64,000 nt of DNA from Cyanophora paradoxa CCMP329 (GCA_004431415.1 QPMI01000449.1:1-64000), one strand, 5' to 3'. Counted from the first letter of the stretch, positions 25,134 to 38,742 are shown. Program-made: numbers and translations. Notes: generated by a model from the letters alone, not told the origin.

Positions 25134-26574
25134 CTAATGGTTGGGGAGGGCGGTACCCCGCTCCAGGTTGGCCTTGATCTCCGCCGTGTACTGGCCGTAG
25201 TACCGCTCGATCTGTTTTGGTACTCGGGTCAGACGAAGGGAACCGGGGGAGCGGGGAGGGGAGGGGGGAAGAGGTGCGGGGGTACGCATGCGCGCCTTCT
25301 TGTTGAAGACGTAGTTGCGCTCGTTGATGTAGTCGACGTCCTGGTCCTCGGAGAACGGCCGCCGCCGGCTGAACTTCTCGCGCTTCTCCACGCTGCAGGG
25401 GGGGGTACCGGCTCAGAGAGAGCCGCGGGGGAGGCAAGGCGGGGGGTACGGGGCGGGGCGCACTGCCGGCGGAGCTCGTCGACCATGCGGTCCACCTGAC
25501 TCGCGGTTAGTTTGGGTGGAAAGCGAAGGAGAAGAACGGGAGTGAGTTCTGCGCGGGGCCGGGCTCTCGCTCGCCTGCTTGCGGGACAGGTCCGTGTGGT
25601 CGCCGTAGCTCAGGTCGTTCACGCCAAGCTCCTTGTCCTTGTTCAGCTGCGCGGGGCGCCGGCGTCGGAGGGCGCGCGGGGGGCGAGCGAAAGAGCGGGC
25701 CGCGGGCCGCGGGGCGCCGGGGCGGGGCGGGCCCCACCTGCTTGTCGTTCGCGTACATCTCCGTGTCGACCTCGGTCTTCAACGAGCGCTTCTTGTACGA
25801 GCGATACAGCGCCTCCGGCGTGAACTCTGGCGGGGCATCGGCGGGGCGCGGGCGGCTGCGCGGCGCGGCGCGGCGCGGGGCGCACGGTCGGAGACGCCCT
25901 TGTTCTTGCCCTTCTTCGACTCGCGCGCCATCGCCTGCTCCGCGGTCTCGTGCAGGTAGTACTTGTCGGGGTCCACGCCCTCCTCCTCTGCCGCCTCCTG
26001 CGGCGCAAGGCTCAATCGAGCGCCAGGAGCGAGGGGGCGGCGGGCGGGCGGGCGGGAGGGCGCGCCTTCCGCTTCTCGAAGCGATAGGAGGCCTCAACGG
26101 CCTTCTTCGTCATGTGCGAGCGCTTGTCCTCGTCCACCACCTCCTTGTAGTTCATCTTCCGGGCCTGGTTCTGCTCGGGGGCGCGTCGTGGCGTGCGCGG
26201 CGGGTCGTGAGCGCAGGGCGTGAAGCCTCGACAGATGCGGCGGCCCGCACCAGCTTCATGCGGAGCTCGAAGAGCTTCCGCTCCCGCTCGGTCATCTGGG
26301 GCGGGGCGGCGTCGTCCGCTGTCGGCTCAGAGCTCCCGGAGGGCCCATCGAGGTTGATCTCCTCCTCGTTCTGCACAAGCAGCACCCTCGAGCGTCAAAG
26401 GCCGGCCGGGATCGCCCCGCCGCGGCGAACGCTAGCCGCGGACCTGCTCGGCATCCGCGGCACGCTTGCGGCCCTTCGCGGGCGCCACGGGCGCGTCTAA
26501 GTCGATTTCTTCGTCGTTCTGGGCGAGCTTGAGCCCGGATGCGAGGAAGAAGCGGGCGCATTCCCACGCACCAT
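25134..26574 (-). CDS. SYF2: Pre-mRNA splicing factor SYF2
   Basis: [48 protein letters not shown]|[23 protein letters not shown]; first coding exon is ATG only. Confidence 0.92.
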
Positions 26575-26713
26575 CGCAGAGCCCACTCAGTACGGCCGAT
26601 CTGCCTGCTGCGAACGATACCTGCTCTTCTGCGTGCTTCTCTCTCGCGATGCGACCTCGCCAAGCCGAGCTCCCAGACAGGTGTACCCTCCTCGAAAAAA
26701 AGGAAGCGAAGCC

Positions 26714-29700
26714 ATGGTGCGCATGCCGCGCGCTCCGGTGGTGATCTCGCACAGCGGGTGACGTGCGGGATCGTACAGGGAAAGCCCACAGGCAAGGGCG
26801 GCAAGTCGCCGGGCAAGGGTGGCGCTGGGCGGCCGAGCGCCTCGTCGCCCGGAGGCGGCATCCCGAAGCACAAGCTAGCGATCCAGAAGGGCAAGGCTGG
26901 CGTACGCGCCCGCCCTCCGCCAGCCGCGACGCTAGCTCGCGACTAAGAGCGCGATCGCGCACAGAAGCAGAAGGGCGGCGGCCCGCAGGGCAGAGGCAGC
27001 GATGCGCCGAAGCCGCGCGGGCCGGGAGGCCGCCCCGCGGGCGCGCAGCCGAAGCAGGAGGCCGGTCCGAAGAAGCGCAAGCCGCGCGCGAAGAAGGGGC
27101 CCGGCGAGGCGCCCGCGAAGGCGCCCGCAGCGGAGGAGAGCGACGAGGATCTTCCGATGTCCGACGAGGACGACGTCGACGCGGTGCCCGCGTTCCTCGC
27201 CGGCTCGGCCATCCCCAACATCATGACGTGCGCCCGCCTCCCGTTGTGCGCGAGCGCGCGCGCGCGCTCCGGCCGCTCACGCCGCGCGCGCAGGTACAAG
27301 GAGCGCAAGAAGGCGCTCTCGCGCCGCGAGAAGAAGCGCAAGGCGGAGGGGGGCGAGGAGGGCGAGGATGAGGACGGGGAGGAGGGGGGCGCTTTCGAGG
27401 GCCCCCGCCCCAAGGCCAAGACGTGGGACGAGGCCGAAAAGGAGCGCGCACCGCGGCTGCCCATCCGCAACGCCAGCGGCGCCCTCGTCGCCCCGCCCCA
27501 GCCCGCCGCAGCCGAGGGTGCGCTGAGACCCGAACCCCTCCCGCCCTCCCCCCCCCCCCCCCCCCCCCAGCTTTCGCCGACGCCGCGCGCAGCACGGGGG
27601 CCCAAGGGCCGGCCGCAGCCGCGCCCGGCGCCCAAGCAAAAGCAGGAGGAGGAGGAGGAGGAGGAGGGGGAGGATGAGGGCAGCGGGGGCGAGGACGAGG
27701 GGGGTATGGACAAGGACGAGGACGGGCCCGGGAGCGGCGCGGAGGAGAGCGGGGACGAGGACGAGGAGGAAGGCGATGAAGACGGGGAGGAGGAGGAGGG
27801 CAGCGAGGGGGACGCGGCGCCGGCCGTGAGGCAGCGCGCCGTGCCGCCGCCCAGCGAGCGCGAGAGCGGTGCGCGCGCGCCCGCCCGGCTCCACGCCCTG
27901 CGCCCTAGTCCCTGTCTCTCCGCCCCGTGCCCCTAGTCCCTAGGCTCCCTAGGCGCGCCCGCGCACGCCCGCACGCGCTCTACATCCTGCACTCGAAGAG
28001 CTCACCGAACGCCACTGCCGCCCGCCGCACGCGCCGCGCTCCGCGTAAACTCGTCCTCACGACGTTTCGGGGCAGGCCTGAAGGAGGCGGCCGAGTTCGC
28101 GGCCGAGCAGGTCCGTCCTGTCCGCCCCTGCCCTCAGCTTCCCTGAGCCTGAGCCGCCCCCCCGCCCCGGCCCGGCCCGGCCCGCAGGACCGGGTGGAGA
28201 AGGCGAAGATGCGCATGGCGCTGCTCTGCACGGCCATCGTCGAGGAGCCCGAGAAGAACGTTCGCCCGCCCGCCCCCGGCCCCTCGCCTCCAGAGAAGAA
28301 CGCTCGCTCGTCCCGGCCTTCTACTAGACTGGCGCCACGCTCGCCGCCGACCCCTCTTGCCCCCCGTTCCATCGTGCCCTCGCCACCCTCCGCCTTCTTG
28401 GCCCCTACCAGACCGGCGCCACGCTAGCGCCAGCCCGTCAAGAAGCCGAGCCTAGCTAGGAACCCTCGCTAGCCTCCACCCCATCAGCCACCTCGGCCCT
28501 CTACCAGGCCGGCGCTACGCTCGCCGCCGCCCCCGTCCGGTCGGCCCATCAAGAAGCTGAGCGGGGCGTGCGGGCGGGCGGGCAGATCAAGAAGCTGAAC
28601 GAGGTGCACCACATGCTGGCGGGGGGCGAGCCCTCGCCGGCCGTGCGGCGCCTGGCGCTCCTCTCCGAGCTCGACGTCCTCCGCGACGTCATCCCGGGCT
28701 ACCGCATCCGCCCCCCCACCGCCAAGGAGCTCGAGGTGCGCGCGGGGAGAGAGAGAGAGGGGCGGGGGTAGAGGTAGAGCGAGGTAGACCGGCTTGGCTG
28801 GCCGGCCGGCCGGCTGGCTGGCTGGCTAGATTTGCTCGGCCTTGCTCGGCTTCCTTTGCTCGGCCGGGGGCGGGCGGCCCAGCCTGGCTCAGCTGCCCTA
28901 GCTACTGCCCCCGCGTCCTCGCGGCCAAGCTTAGCCGCCGGGGCCAAGCTTGGCCGCCGGGGCTTAGCTTGGCTCGGGGCGGGGCGGGCGGCCAGGCTTA
29001 GTTGGCGTGGCTAATGGTCTCTAGTTAGCGGGGCGGGCGGCCTCTAGGTCCTAATGGTCTCTTTGCCGCCGGGGCTTGGCTTGGCTTAGCGGCCAGGCTT
29101 GGTTCGCGCATCTGACGGCGAGCGGGGGCGGGTGAGGCTTTGCCTCTAATGGTCTCTAATGGTCTCTAGTTAGCGGGGCGGACGGTCTCTAATGGTCTCT
29201 GTCGCGGCCAAGCTTAGCTGCCGGGGCTTAGCTCAGCCGCCGGGGCTGACGGCGGCGGGCGGGCGAGCAGATGAAGGTGAGCAAGGACGTGCAGCGGCTC
29301 CGCGACTACGAGGCCTCCCTCCTCGCCGCCTACCAGCGCTTCCTACAGACCCTCGACGCCCTCGCCAAGGCGCGAGCGAATGGCGTACCCCCCCTCCCCT
29401 CCCCTTCGCCTTTGACGCGCCGCAGGACGCGGAGCTGGGCCCGCGGCGCGGGAAGGCCCCCGGGGCGCGGGCGCAGGCGGCGGGGCGGGCGCGCATGGGC
29501 CGCCTCGCCGTGAAGTGCATGGGCGAGCTCCTCGTGTCCGCCCCGCACTTCAACTTCCGCTCCAACCTCGTCACGGGCCTCGCCCAGCGCTGCGACTCGC
29601 CCGTTCCCGAGGCGCTTATCTAATTCATCTTAAGAAAGGAGATAGGTTCTTCTTCTAAGCTTCTGTCAGGTGCGGAACACGGCGTGCGAGGCGCTGGGGC

Positions 29701-32700
29701 GGCTCTTCCAGCGGGACGCGGAGGGCGGGGCGAGCCTCGAGGCCGTCCGCGCGCTCCAGGGCGCCATGGAGCGCAAGGGCTACCGCCTCCGCTCCCCAGA
29801 CGTGCGCTCGTGTTTGCCTTCTCCTCCTCCACGCTTTCTGTCTTCCTTCCTTGACTCCGCTCTTCGTTCGCAGGCGGTGGCGCTGCTGAAGCGGCTGCAC
29901 CTGAAGCAGCAGGGCCCGGCGAACTGGTGGAAGAAGGGGGCGGCGGGGGGCCGCAAGGACGGGGGCGGGAAGCGCAAGGAGGTCAGCCCGGAGGAGGCCG
30001 AGGCCGAGCGGCAGCTCCGGTGCGCCCCGGGCGAGTCTAAGAGCTAAGGACCCCCTGTTGGGATGCCCGGTCTCTCTAAAGCCCGGCAAAGAGAGAGCCC
30101 CGCCCTCTCCCCCCCGCTCCTTCTAACGCCCCGCCCTCTCCCCCCTGCAGGGAGGACATGGCGGAGGCGGACGCGACGGCGGACCCCGAGACCGTCGCCC
30201 GCAACGTCCGCCCGGCTCTGCGCCCCCGCCCTATAGCTAGCAGAGCCGAGAGGGGAGAGGAGATCGCGGGCGAGGGCGGGGGCGAGGGCGAGGACGGGGG
30301 GGCGTCCGGCCGCAATCGGCCCGACGAGAAGAGCGGACAGCTAAGAAGAGGCGGGGAGGGGGTGCGCCTGACGTGGAGGCTCCCCCCCTCCCGCAGAACT
30401 CGGAGATGCTGAAGGCCGTCTTCGTCATCTACTTCTCCATCCTCAAGAACCCCGCCGTGCGCCCTCCCGCGCCCCGCCCGGCCCCCGCCTCTAGCCCAGC
30501 TGCCGGACGGCCTCTCGCCCATGCCGTCCCGTGGCGCGGGCGGGCCTAGCCTAGCCCAGCTGCCGGGCGGCCGGGCGTCTGACGCGGGCAGGCGTCTAGC
30601 CTAGCCTAGCCTAGCCTAGCCTAGCCCAGCTGCCGGGCGGCCGTCTGACGCGGGCGGGGGCGGGGCGGCAGGTGCGGGCGCCGCTGCTGGGGCCCGTCCT
30701 CGAGGGCATCGCCAAGTGCGCCCCGCCCCGCCCCGCCCCGCCCCGCCCCGGAGCTCCTCGCCAGCCCCGGAGCTCCTTTCCAGTCTACGCCCCCTCCCGC
30801 CCCCGCCCCGCTGCCTCGACCTGAGCGCGGGGTCCCTCCCCCCCTGCAGGTTCGCGCACCTCGTCAACATCGAGCTCCTCCTCGCCCTCCTCGACGCCCT
30901 CAAGGTCTGGTCCCCCGGGCGCTGCGCGGGCGATGGCTAGGCCGGGCGGGCTGGGCACAGATAGTGTCCGAGGCTAGGCTAGGCGAGCGCCTTTCAGAAG
31001 GCCCTAGGCGAAGAAAGCCGGGGAAAGCTGTCCCCCTCCTGACGCTCTTGACGCGCCCGCCTCTCCGTGGCGAAGCCACGACTTTCGTGGCTTAGGCCGC
31101 GCCCCCTCCCCTCCTCCTGACGCGCCCGCCCGCCCTGCGCAGGAGCTGGTGGCGGCGGGCTCGCAGCGGGAGGGCGCCGAGGGCCCAGCCGCCGCCCGGG
31201 GCCCGCCCCTCGCCCCCTACCACGCCCTCCTCTGCATCTTGGCCGCCTTCCGCACCCTCGCCGGCCAGGGTGGGTACCGCTTTCTTTCTTCTTTCTAATT
31301 TGATCTCCCCTTGACCTTCTTTGTTCTTCTTCGAAGGCGAGGCGCTGAACGTGGACCTGAAGGAGTACTACAGGGAGCTGTACGCCCTCCTGATGCCCCT
31401 CGCCTGGCTCCCGAGCGGCGCGCACGGAGTGGGGGGTACCCCCCGCACCCTCGGCGAGGACCCCAGCGACGGCGAGGGGGAGGAGGGCGAGGGGGGACCG
31501 GGCGCCCGCGAGGGCGGGCGGCGGAGACGGCGGCGGGCCCCGGCGGCGGGCCAGCAGGCCGGGCCCAGCTCGGGGGCGGAGGGGTACATGGATCGGGCCC
31601 TCCGGGCCGCCCTGGAGGCCCTCGAGGTCTGCCTCCTCGACCGCCGCCAGGTGACCCCGTACCCCGCCCCCTTTTTCTGTACCCCGCCGGGCCCTTTACA
31701 TGGGGATACGCAGGTGGACCTGACGCGCGCGGCGGGCTTCGTGAAGAGGCTCTGTACCCTGGCGCTGCACGTGCACCCCCCAGAGGCCGTGGCTCTCCTC
31801 TCCCTCGTCCAGGCGCGCCGTACCCCCCAACTTTCTCCCCGGACCTTTTGCTAATGCGGTACCCCCAGGAGCTGCTGTTCAAGTACCCCAAGGCGCAGCA
31901 GCTGCTTGACTCGGACCACCCCGTCGCTGCGGGCGTCTACCTCCCCCAGGTACCCCCCGGAGCCGCTCCCTTCATGTACCCCGGACCTTATCGATGCCGT
32001 ACCCTCCAGGTGGACGATCCGGAGCACAGCAACCCCTTCTCCTCGACCCTCTGGGAGCTCTCCGCCCTCCAGGTGCGCGTACCCCCCTCCCTCATCCCCT
32101 TCCCCTGTCCTGAATTCCCCTACACCCCACCTCCCAGCGGCACTACCACCCTTACGTGGCGCGGTTCGCGGCGCTGGTGGCCAACTCGCAGCGCCCGCCC
32201 GCCCACCTGGCCTCAAAGGTCCTTCTTTTTTTCCCTTTTGCTGCTTAGTCTTAATTTTCGCCGCAGCGGCCGCGGGACTACATCGGGATGCTAGACGTGG
32301 AGCGGGATCGGGCGCCGGGCTCGGGGGAGGCCCCGCCCCTCTTCCAGCCGCCCCTGCAGCCCCCCCGCCAGCACCCGCTCCACGCCCGCATCGCCAAGGC
32401 AAGCCCGCCCGCCCCCGCCCCCGCCCCGCCCCTTCTCTTCTTAACCCCCTCCTCCTCCTTCTCCTCCAGAACGCCTCGGCGAAGAAGGGGAAGGGGAAGG
32501 CGCCGTTCGTGACGCCGGCGGCGCACGTGGACCCGCGGCGCCCGCACGTGGAGGAGGTCGCCTCGCTCGCCGACGCCCTCGATGCCGGTGCGTGCGCGGG
32601 CTCGAGCCCCGCCCCGCCCGCGAGTTCGATCTCGAGCGCGGGCTCGCTCGCTCGGCCTTGCCCGAGCTTGCGTCACCAAAAAGGACCCCGCCCTAGTCCC

Positions 32701-33557
32701 TCTGTGCTTGGCCTAGGCTCGGTCCAGACCTAGGGACACGCCACGCTACTACTGCTTCCTAGGCGGCCAGGCCCGGGCCTTGCTTGCTTTCCCCTCCTCT
32801 CCTCCTCTCCTCTCCTTTCCTGTCCTCTTCCGCGCCGCGCTGAGGGGGCGGGGCAGCGGCGGGCGGGGGCGAGGTGGCGCGGGAGGCGGGGGCGGCCCTC
32901 CGGCGGCAGTTCCGCGAGGCGGCCGCCTTCCGCGAGCACGCCCAGGTCCGCGTACCCCGCCCCTCATCCCCCCCCCCCTGCAATATGGAAGGGAAGAAAC
33001 ATAATGCAAACAGTCCCAAGAGCCGCCCTAAACTTTACATGAGCCGTCTTTGATGAATCCCGCCTGGAGGATCGGCCGCCCAAGCCGCTGAAAGCGCAAG
33101 CGAGCTGGGGCTGGCGCCGGCTGACGCGGGGCGGGGCGGGGCGGGGCGGGCAGGCGCAGCGGGAGATGCGGCGTATGGCGGCGCTCCTGCGGCGCTACAA
33201 CGCGCAGCAGGCCGACCGCGAGCGCCGCGAGGCCGCCGAGGCGGTGAGCGGCGACCCGTCCCTACCCGTCCCTTCCGTAGTTGTACCTGAGTTGTCGAAA
33301 CCCCGGGCCAGGCGGAGCGGGTGCGGCGCGAGGCGGAGGCGGAGGCGAAAGCGGAGGCGGCCCGGCGAGCCGCCGAGGCGCCCAAGGCTGCCGGGGCGGC
33401 CTCGAAGCGAAAGGGGGCCCCGGGGCCCGCCCCCGCCGCTGCGGCCGCGGCGCCTGTGGCGGCCAAGCAGCAGCAGCAGCGCGCCGCGGCGGCGGTGGCG
33501 GCGCCGGCGGGGGCTCCAACGAAGCAGAGGAAGGGGCAGCAGAAGGGCAAGGGCTAG
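26714..33557 (+). CDS. NOC3: Nucleolar complex protein 3 (CBF/Mak21 domain)
   Basis: LPIRNASG, DVIPGYRIRPPT, KVSKDVQRLRDYE..LL..Y..FL, PHFNFRSNL, FAHLVNIE, LNVDLKEYYRELY, HYHP; many short introns; ATG-only first coding exon. Confidence 0.88.
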
Positions 33558-34409
33558 CTAGCTAGCTAGCTAGCTAGGCCTTGGCCTCTGGTCCTGCGCG
33601 GCGAGGAGGACCCGCCCGGCGGCTCCCGGGCCGCGCGCCGCTGTACATGTGCGGCGGTGTTAACCGTTAGATTCAATTGCACGCTGAACGTTAACGTTGG
33701 CGTGGACTGCGCGCGGTTCCACTGCCACCGGAGGGACCGGGGGGCCTAAGGGGTCACCGGGCGAGGAATTCGAAGCTGCCATATGCATGCACTTCGGCAG
33801 GCTGCGCGGCGCGGGCGCTCCTCGAAATCTTCGCTCCGGGATCCTCGGACAGGCTCTAAGGGCCCGGCCGCGCCCCCCCCCCGATCCGGTCCCGTATATA
33901 TGCGCAGGCCACCGAGCCCTGAGCCGCACCCCAGCCACTCGAGCTCCGCGGCCGCCGAGTCTCCCCGGAGCCCCCCGGGGGGCCCGGGCCCCGGTCCCGG
34001 TCCCGGCCGGCCGCCCGGCCGAGCCCGAAGCCAGGTGAACCGTGAACGTGCAAGTCTCCGAAAACTCGTACTCATAAATCAGTGTTCTTGATCAATCATA
34101 CTATGATACATTCACCTGCAGCTGCCGCCTGTGATGCCTAAATTTAAAGCTACACTATACGCGCTAAACTAAGCAATTACTCCAGCGTTTCGAGGGGTTC
34201 GCTACTCGTGAGTGTCGGCGGCTGAGCTGAGCTTGCGAGCTGGTCGGTAGGTGACGCGCCTCTGGCCTGGGCCAGGCTCCAAAGTCGGCGTACGCGTCGA
34301 CGTCCGCGCGAGCGAAGCGCGCGTGCGGCGCTCATAGATCACTTGCCGCCCTCTGCCGGCCACTTGGTCGCTGATCGGGCGCGCGGGTGCTCGTCAGAAT
34401 TCGAACGAA

Positions 34410-34770
34410 TCACGAGACGACGCAGAACGAGCTCTTCTTCTGGATCGGGCGCCCCTCTTCGCTATGCTCGGCGGCTGGCCAGTGCGTGCCTAGATTTCCC
34501 ACGCTTAGGAATCTTAGCGGGCGGCCGGGGCCGGGCGGCAGCTCACTCGGGCAGTGGCAGCGCTTGTCCGCCGGGACCTGCGCCATGATGGTCTGGAGGT
34601 GCTGGCCGCAGCCTGCCCACGAGACCTTGCCGCACGAGGGACTGCGCGATGGCGAGGGGTGCACACGTCAGCTTTCGCGACGAAGATCTTGAGCGAGCGC
34701 GCGCGCATGCATATGTGCGCGCGCGCGCAGCCATGGCCATGCACACGCACCACTGGACTTGGCGGCACAT
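34410..34770 (-). CDS. 59-aa Cys/His-rich protein (CxxCGKxxWxGCGxH family) with C-terminal CaaX
   Basis: Three exons joined by GT-AG introns give MCRQVQCPSCGKVSWAGCGQHLQTIMAQVPADKRCHCPTAEHSEEGRPIQKKSSFCVVS*. Confidence 0.75.
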
Positions 34771-35508
34771 GTTGGAAGTCTTCGCTTGATGAGACTAGGA
34801 GAGAGCTGGCTTTGCTGCCCGCAAAGAGTGAGGACGGTGGCGCGCTCCTGGCTTTTAAAAAATTTATGCGCTGGAATTATGAGCGAACCTCAGCGAAGGG
34901 CCCGGGTTAGATAGGGGCAGTTGCGTAAAGGGAATGGCGCAGGCGGCGCACGGGTGGGACACCCACGTGAAGTTTCTTGAGTCACTTGGCTTCCTTTGGC
35001 TTCAGTTTTCCCAAGTTTTCCTGTTTTCCAGCACATTTCGAGAAATTTGCGCGGGAAATGACGATCGGGATTCCGGGTACGCATACGTATGCATCGGAGC
35101 AGCGATCGGAGCGGCGCCGGCGCCGCCGCCGCCGCGCCGCCTGCGCGGGTCAGCGCGGCTGCCAATGCCTGCCATTGCCTGCCAAAGCGCTGTCACAGTG
35201 TCAGGCACAGCTAGCCGACTCGCGTTCGGTCCGAGCAGCTGCAGCCTGCAGCTGCAGGACGTCAGATCTTCAAGGGGCTTTTGCTATAGCTAGACGGGCC
35301 CGCGGTCCGCGGCGCGGCCGGGAGACAGCAGCAGCAGAAGCAGCAGCAGCTTGGACTCGCGCGCGCGCGCGGCGCGGCACAGCTAATTGTATAACTCTTG
35401 ATCTAAGTATATAACTTGACCGTCGACGTCGACGTCGAACCGCGTGCACGGCAGTTAAACGTCCAGTCCCAGGCCAGAGCTGTAGATAATTAGAACGCGC
35501 GCGCCAGC

Positions 35509-37681
35509 ATGGGAGGAGGTGCTGCAAAGCAAGCTGCGCCTGCACCGGGCGCGGCGACGTCAGGTGCGCTGCGGCACGCGCATGCGCGCGCGACGCTCAA
35601 TCATCGGCTGCGGATCGCAATTGCCCATTAATATGATATATTATGGCTACGTGCACGTGCGCAGGCCCCGGCGCTCACGCTGGCGGTTCCGGCGCCGCGG
35701 GTACCGGTGCCGGTGCCGGAGATCTCAAGCTCATCGGTTGGGTGTACGCGCTCTTCTTCAAAATGCGCAGCTGCAGCTACGCCGCGGCAGCTCTCAGATT
35801 GCTTTTGCTAACGCGCCCGCGCCTTCGCATGCGCAGGGGGTGCCCGTTTACTCAGCGCGTGTGGCTGGCGCTTCACGCCCGCGGCATCAAGCACGAGTTT
35901 GAGCTCATCGACGGATTGAACAAGCCCGAATGGTGATCATGAGCGCGATCGCAGGAGATCTAGACTCAGAATGCGTCTGTGCTATCCTTGCTTGTTGCGT
36001 GGCCTGAACGAGTCCTCTCCTTTTCGCCCGCAGGTTCCTTAAGCTCAACCCTAAGGGGCAGGTCCCAGTGTTGGGTGCGCCTGCAATATTAATATTAATT
36101 ATAATTGCCAAACTGCGGCATGCATCTAGGCATGCATCTAGGCACCGTAGTACCTTATCTATGCCTCCAATTAGGCTGCGCGCCTCGTTGGATATAGTTG
36201 AATCCGGCCCGGCGGTCCGAGTAGCCGCACCGGCGCCTAAACCCTCCCGGCCCGCCCCGCCCCGCCCCGCCCTGCAGTGCACAACGGGCGGCACATGCGC
36301 GAGAGCCTCGTCCAGATCTACTACCTGGTGCGCCCCGGTCCGGTCCTGCCAGCTCGGCGGAATCTACCCCGCGCGTGGTACTACAGCTCAGCGGCTGGCG
36401 ATGCGCACGCCGGCCGTGGAAGGCCTAGCTATAGCTATTAGGAAGAAGAATCCGAAGCAAGCCCGAAGCCGGGGGGATTAAGCTTGCTTGCTTAAAATTA
36501 AAGCTTTCTTAAAGAGTTCAACGCCGCGCCGCGCAGGAGGACGCGTTCCCGGGCTCGCCGGCGCAGCCCTCGCTCCTCCCCAGCGACCCCTTCGAGCGGT
36601 CCGCCCCGCCCCGGCCCCCCCTCCCCCGGCCCCCCGCCCCCCGCCCCCTTCTCCGGGCTCGCCCTAGGCCTTTCTCAACGTCCGGATCCGGCCGGACCGG
36701 CCCGCGCTCGTAGAGCTCGAGCGCTCGAGCACTAGCGCGCGCTGCGCCGAATTCGAAGCTGCCTTGAGCTCTTATAATTATATATTACAAACTATAGCTA
36801 GGCCCAACAAATGCAATTGCAAGCGCTGACGCGGGCGGGGCCGGGCAGGGCGCAGGTGCGGCTGTGGGTCGAGTGGGCCGGCTCGGAGCTGCACCCCGCC
36901 GTCATGGCTCTCCTCCGAGCCAAGGGTGGGCCCCCTTCGCTTAAGCTTCCGCCCCGCCACTTAAATAAGCTTCTGAAGAAGAGAGAAGAAGAAGAAGAAG
37001 ATCGCTTCTGAGCGGGCGCCTTTAATTTAATCTGCCTTGCCCCGCAGAGGAGGCGGACCGCCCGAAGCTGGTGGAGGCGATCGCGGACAAGCTGCGGCAC
37101 CTCGCGGCCGGCGTGCGGGCCGAGCCGATCTTCCGCAGCCCCACCGTCACGCTGGTGCGCAGCTGCAGCCTCGATCTCCCCCATGCCATCTTATATAATT
37201 ATCTCTGCGTGTCATCCGGTCCGGTCGATCTGAAATTTGATCCAGGTGGACTGCGCGCTGGTGCCGATCCTGCAGCGCCTCGAGCACGTCGGGAGGGCGT
37301 GGCGCGGCCACGGCATCCCGGACGGGTGCGCCATGTTTTGGTTGCTAGCTAGAGCCCTGCCTGAATTCGAAGGCGAATCGGCTCAAAAGAGGAATAAAAC
37401 GAAATGTCCGGAGATCGCAAGCGCGCGCTTGGCGTCCTAGGGCCCCTCTTAACTTCCGATTCGATCTGATCTGATATAATCTAATCTAATCTGATCTGAT
37501 CTGATCTGATCCGATCCGATCCGATCCGATCCGATCTGATCGCCGCGCCGCGCGCAGGCCCGACTTCGAGCCCGTGTGGGGCTACTTCAGGCGCCTGGAG
37601 GCGCACCCGGCCGTGCAGCGGGCCTCCTTCGACCGCGAGGCCCAAATGGACTACTACACGCGCATCTGGCTCAAGCACTAG
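35509..37681 (+). CDS. Cys-type glutathione S-transferase (omega/DHAR/lambda-like)
   Basis: GCPFTQRVWLAL, NKPEWFLKLNPKGQVPVL, ESL, LLPSDPFERAQVRLW, TLVDCALVPILQRL, HPAVQRA. Confidence 0.88.
37462..37541. repeat. Intronic pentanucleotide microsatellite (GATCT/GATCC)n
   Basis: Directly visible; similar tracts at ~20957-21006, ~21662-21706 and ~39872-39898. Confidence 0.85.
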
Positions 37682-38488
37682 ATCTAGCTATCCATGTAGC
37701 TATTTCTGAATTCGAAGCCCGGCCAGTAGGTGCCCCCCCCCTCCCCCCCCTCCTCCCCTCCCTTCCCCCCCCTTCCCCGCCCCCCTCCCCCGGTCGGTGC
37801 AAGAAAAGTATGCGGCCGCCGGGCGCATGCGCGATCGATCGCCGTATCCAATGAGCAGATCATGATCGATCCAGATCTAGAGGCTTTTAGAATTCGACTT
37901 TCGAGCTTTAGGAAGATGTAGACCAGTAATGTAAATAGTTGACCCCAGATCCGATGATCTTGATACCTAGCTATATATATATAGCTATAGCGTTAGCCAA
38001 GCTGAGTGAATTTGTTTAGAATTTGAAACCATCGAAGCTGATTGCGCGGGCGCGCGAGCCCCCCAGCCGCGAGCTTAATTATATAACCCCCGCCCCAGGG
38101 GCTGGCCTTAGCTTGAGCTCCGCGAAAATTGCATGATTACTCCGGATTCTCGAAGCCCTTCTCGCCGCTGGGGATAAAGCAGAAATCGATCGATCCTCAA
38201 TTATTCAGACATTTACACGCGTACAATGCTCGCTCGTGATCAGAGATCTAGATCTAGATCTAGATGTCCAGAAGCTTAAGCTGACGTTGCAATTTGTCTG
38301 CATGTACAGTAGGGAGCTGAAAGCGGGGCGGAGTTGATCGCAAGCACTATCGCAAATAAGTGAATTCGAAATACAGGACAACTATGTGCAGGTTCGAGGT
38401 TCGAATTTAAATCATGGCTGATGGTCATGGGGCCGGGGGGCACCGAAGTCTACAGAAAATACATCGACGGCCGGCCTCGGACCTCGAT

Positions 38489-38556
38489 CGGCGGGCGTGT
38501 CAGGGGGCCCCGACGCGGTGGCGCGTTTGCGGGGCCCCCTTCATTGTGCGCCGCCG
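38489..38556 (-). promoter_or_regulatory. SECIS element (type II) in the thioredoxin reductase 3' UTR
   Basis: Minus strand: cggcggcgcaca-ATGAA-GGGGGCCCC-GC-AAA-CGCG-ccac-CGCG-tc-GGGGCCCCC-TGAC-acgcccgccg. Shows the AUGA/UGA quartet, a perfect helix II, apical AAA and a mini-stem, ~190 nt downstream of the stop. Confidence 0.92.
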
Positions 38557-38742
38557 AGAAGTCGACGAGGACGTGTCGCGCTCGGAAGGCTACGCTAAGC
38601 TATAGCTACTTTTAAAAGGCTTGTGAGACTGAACTAATATAAGAGGCCGAGCGGCAGGAGAGAGAGACGAGGCGGGAAGCCCGGGCGCGGGCCGGCCCTC
38701 CGCGGCTGAAGCCGCGGACGGACGGCCGGGGAGCGCCCGGGC

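Noticed and set aside
28780-30650. ctaatggtct and gcctagcccagctgccg intronic repeats in NOC3
   Set aside because: Ordinary slippage-type low-complexity intron expansions.
19773-33565. Many long overlapping Arg/Pro/Gly-rich ORFs in the track
   Set aside because: Shadow frames of very GC-rich spliced genes (WDR33, APH1, SYF2, NOC3).
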